Source: Candidatus Limnocylindria bacterium (lineage in GTDB: Bacteria; Chloroflexota; Limnocylindria; P2-11E). From it: 64,000 nt of DNA. The notes below the pieces were generated by a model. The model had not been told where the DNA came from. It was given only the letters and a program-made list of their open reading frames with translations, and ran no database searches. This document shows positions 63,615-64,000 of this stretch, one piece after another. A program made the position numbers and the translations under genes. The stretch spans positions 22,166 to 86,165 of the forward strand of contig DATCPK010000027.1 in assembly GCA_036570125.1 (NCBI GenBank), read 5' to 3'. Numbering within the stretch: the stretch's first letter is position 1; the number at the start of each line of letters is the position of its first letter.

Positions 63615-64000
63615 CTAGACGGTGCCGCGCTCGGCAGCGATGAGGTCGAGCACGAGCGTCGACCATCCGAAGTCGCGGGCACCCTGTCCCTCGCCGGTGA
63701 AGGGGTCGTAGAACTCGCGGACGCCGCTCAGCGCCATCATCCGGACGGTGCGCTCGGCGAGTTCGCTCGCGACATCGTTCCGCCCATGCGCACGCAGCCC
63801 CCAGTACAGGTACCAGTTCACGTTGACCCAGGTCGGTCCGCGCCAGGTCGTGTTCGTCCGCCACTTCGGATCGAACGAAGGCTCGGTCGCGGCCACGCTC
63901 GGCACCGGGAAGGGAAGCCAGAACTCCCGCTCGTTCAGCAGGTGGTCGTCGATCAGGCGTTTGGCTTTCGATGGATCGAGGTCGTCGAGGATGAGCGGAA
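63615..64000 (-). CDS. Glycoside hydrolase, (alpha/alpha)6-barrel type (GH63/MGH1-like); 3' part only, gene continues past the window end
   Basis: ...REFWLPFPVPSVAATEPSFDPKWRTNTTWRGPTWVNVNWYLYWGLRAHG...REFYDPFTGEGQGARDFGWSTLVLDLI. The frame is open to position 64000. Confidence 0.65.
   Translation of the reverse strand, partial: PLILDDLDPSKAKRLIDDHLLNEREFWLPFPVPSVAATEPSFDPKWRTNTTWRGPTWVNVNWYLYWGLRAHGRNDVASELAERTVRMMALSGVREFYDPFTGEGQGARDFGWSTLVLDLIAAERGTV

Overview
This is a GC-rich, very gene-dense chromosomal segment. Many same-strand neighbours overlap by 1-4 nt (ATGA/GTGA/TTGA), and the long Arg-rich ORFs in the six-frame track are mostly shadows of real genes. The gene content looks like a terrabacterial lineage (Actinomycetota- or Chloroflexota-like), but I cannot assign taxonomy from sequence alone. 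I saw no rRNA, tRNA, CRISPR array, transposase or integrase.

Gene content from left to right:
- A DtxR-like repressor divergent from a ZIP metal transporter.
- mreB, followed by an envelope glycosylation cluster: TagA-like GT26, GT4, a PHP protein, a flippase-like protein and three GT-C-like membrane proteins.
- A DegS-like kinase, a NarL-type regulator, a degenerate kinase and a DinB-family protein in one operon.
- A GT87-like protein, SpoIID, hpt and a membrane-anchored cupredoxin.
- An 8-kb chain of coupled genes running from rsmG into a K+ homeostasis island: three KimA-like APC permeases, a USP and two TrkA/RCK proteins, with a truncated KdpD/KdpE pair and an Hsp70 nucleotide-binding-domain-only protein nearby.
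- An hspR-lon-cbpA-like-clpB operon.
- M28 peptidase, dtd, polX, acyP and purH.
- An MshA-like GT4 with a PIG-L deacetylase, then glycerate kinase and glpX.
- A one-carbon block: folD, a cyclodeaminase-like protein, and a SAM-I riboswitch ahead of metF and a split metE.
- A DEAD-box helicase, a nitroreductase, a CHRD protein, an M50 protease, an oxidoreductase and a partial glycoside hydrolase.

Most interesting observations:
1. A 60-aa exported propeptide carries two SFPDDPWPGLS copies that differ only at synonymous sites. It sits divergently from an XRE-HTH plus TPR regulator, which is an RRNPP-like peptide-signalling architecture outside Firmicutes. A second HTH-TPR paralogue is paired with a CheY-like receiver.
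2. A structured repeat of about 140 nt is present twice in inverted orientation, with compensatory stem changes. It occupies the only two roomy convergent-gene junctions in the window.
3. The K+ island has KimA-like transporters and RCK proteins but no TrkH/KtrB or KdpFABC. A YegD-like Hsp70 is translationally coupled to the KdpD-like kinase.
4. TANNNT boxes sit 6-8 nt upstream of several start codons, which suggests leaderless mRNAs.

All functional calls come from reading the translated sequences against remembered family signatures. No searches were run.
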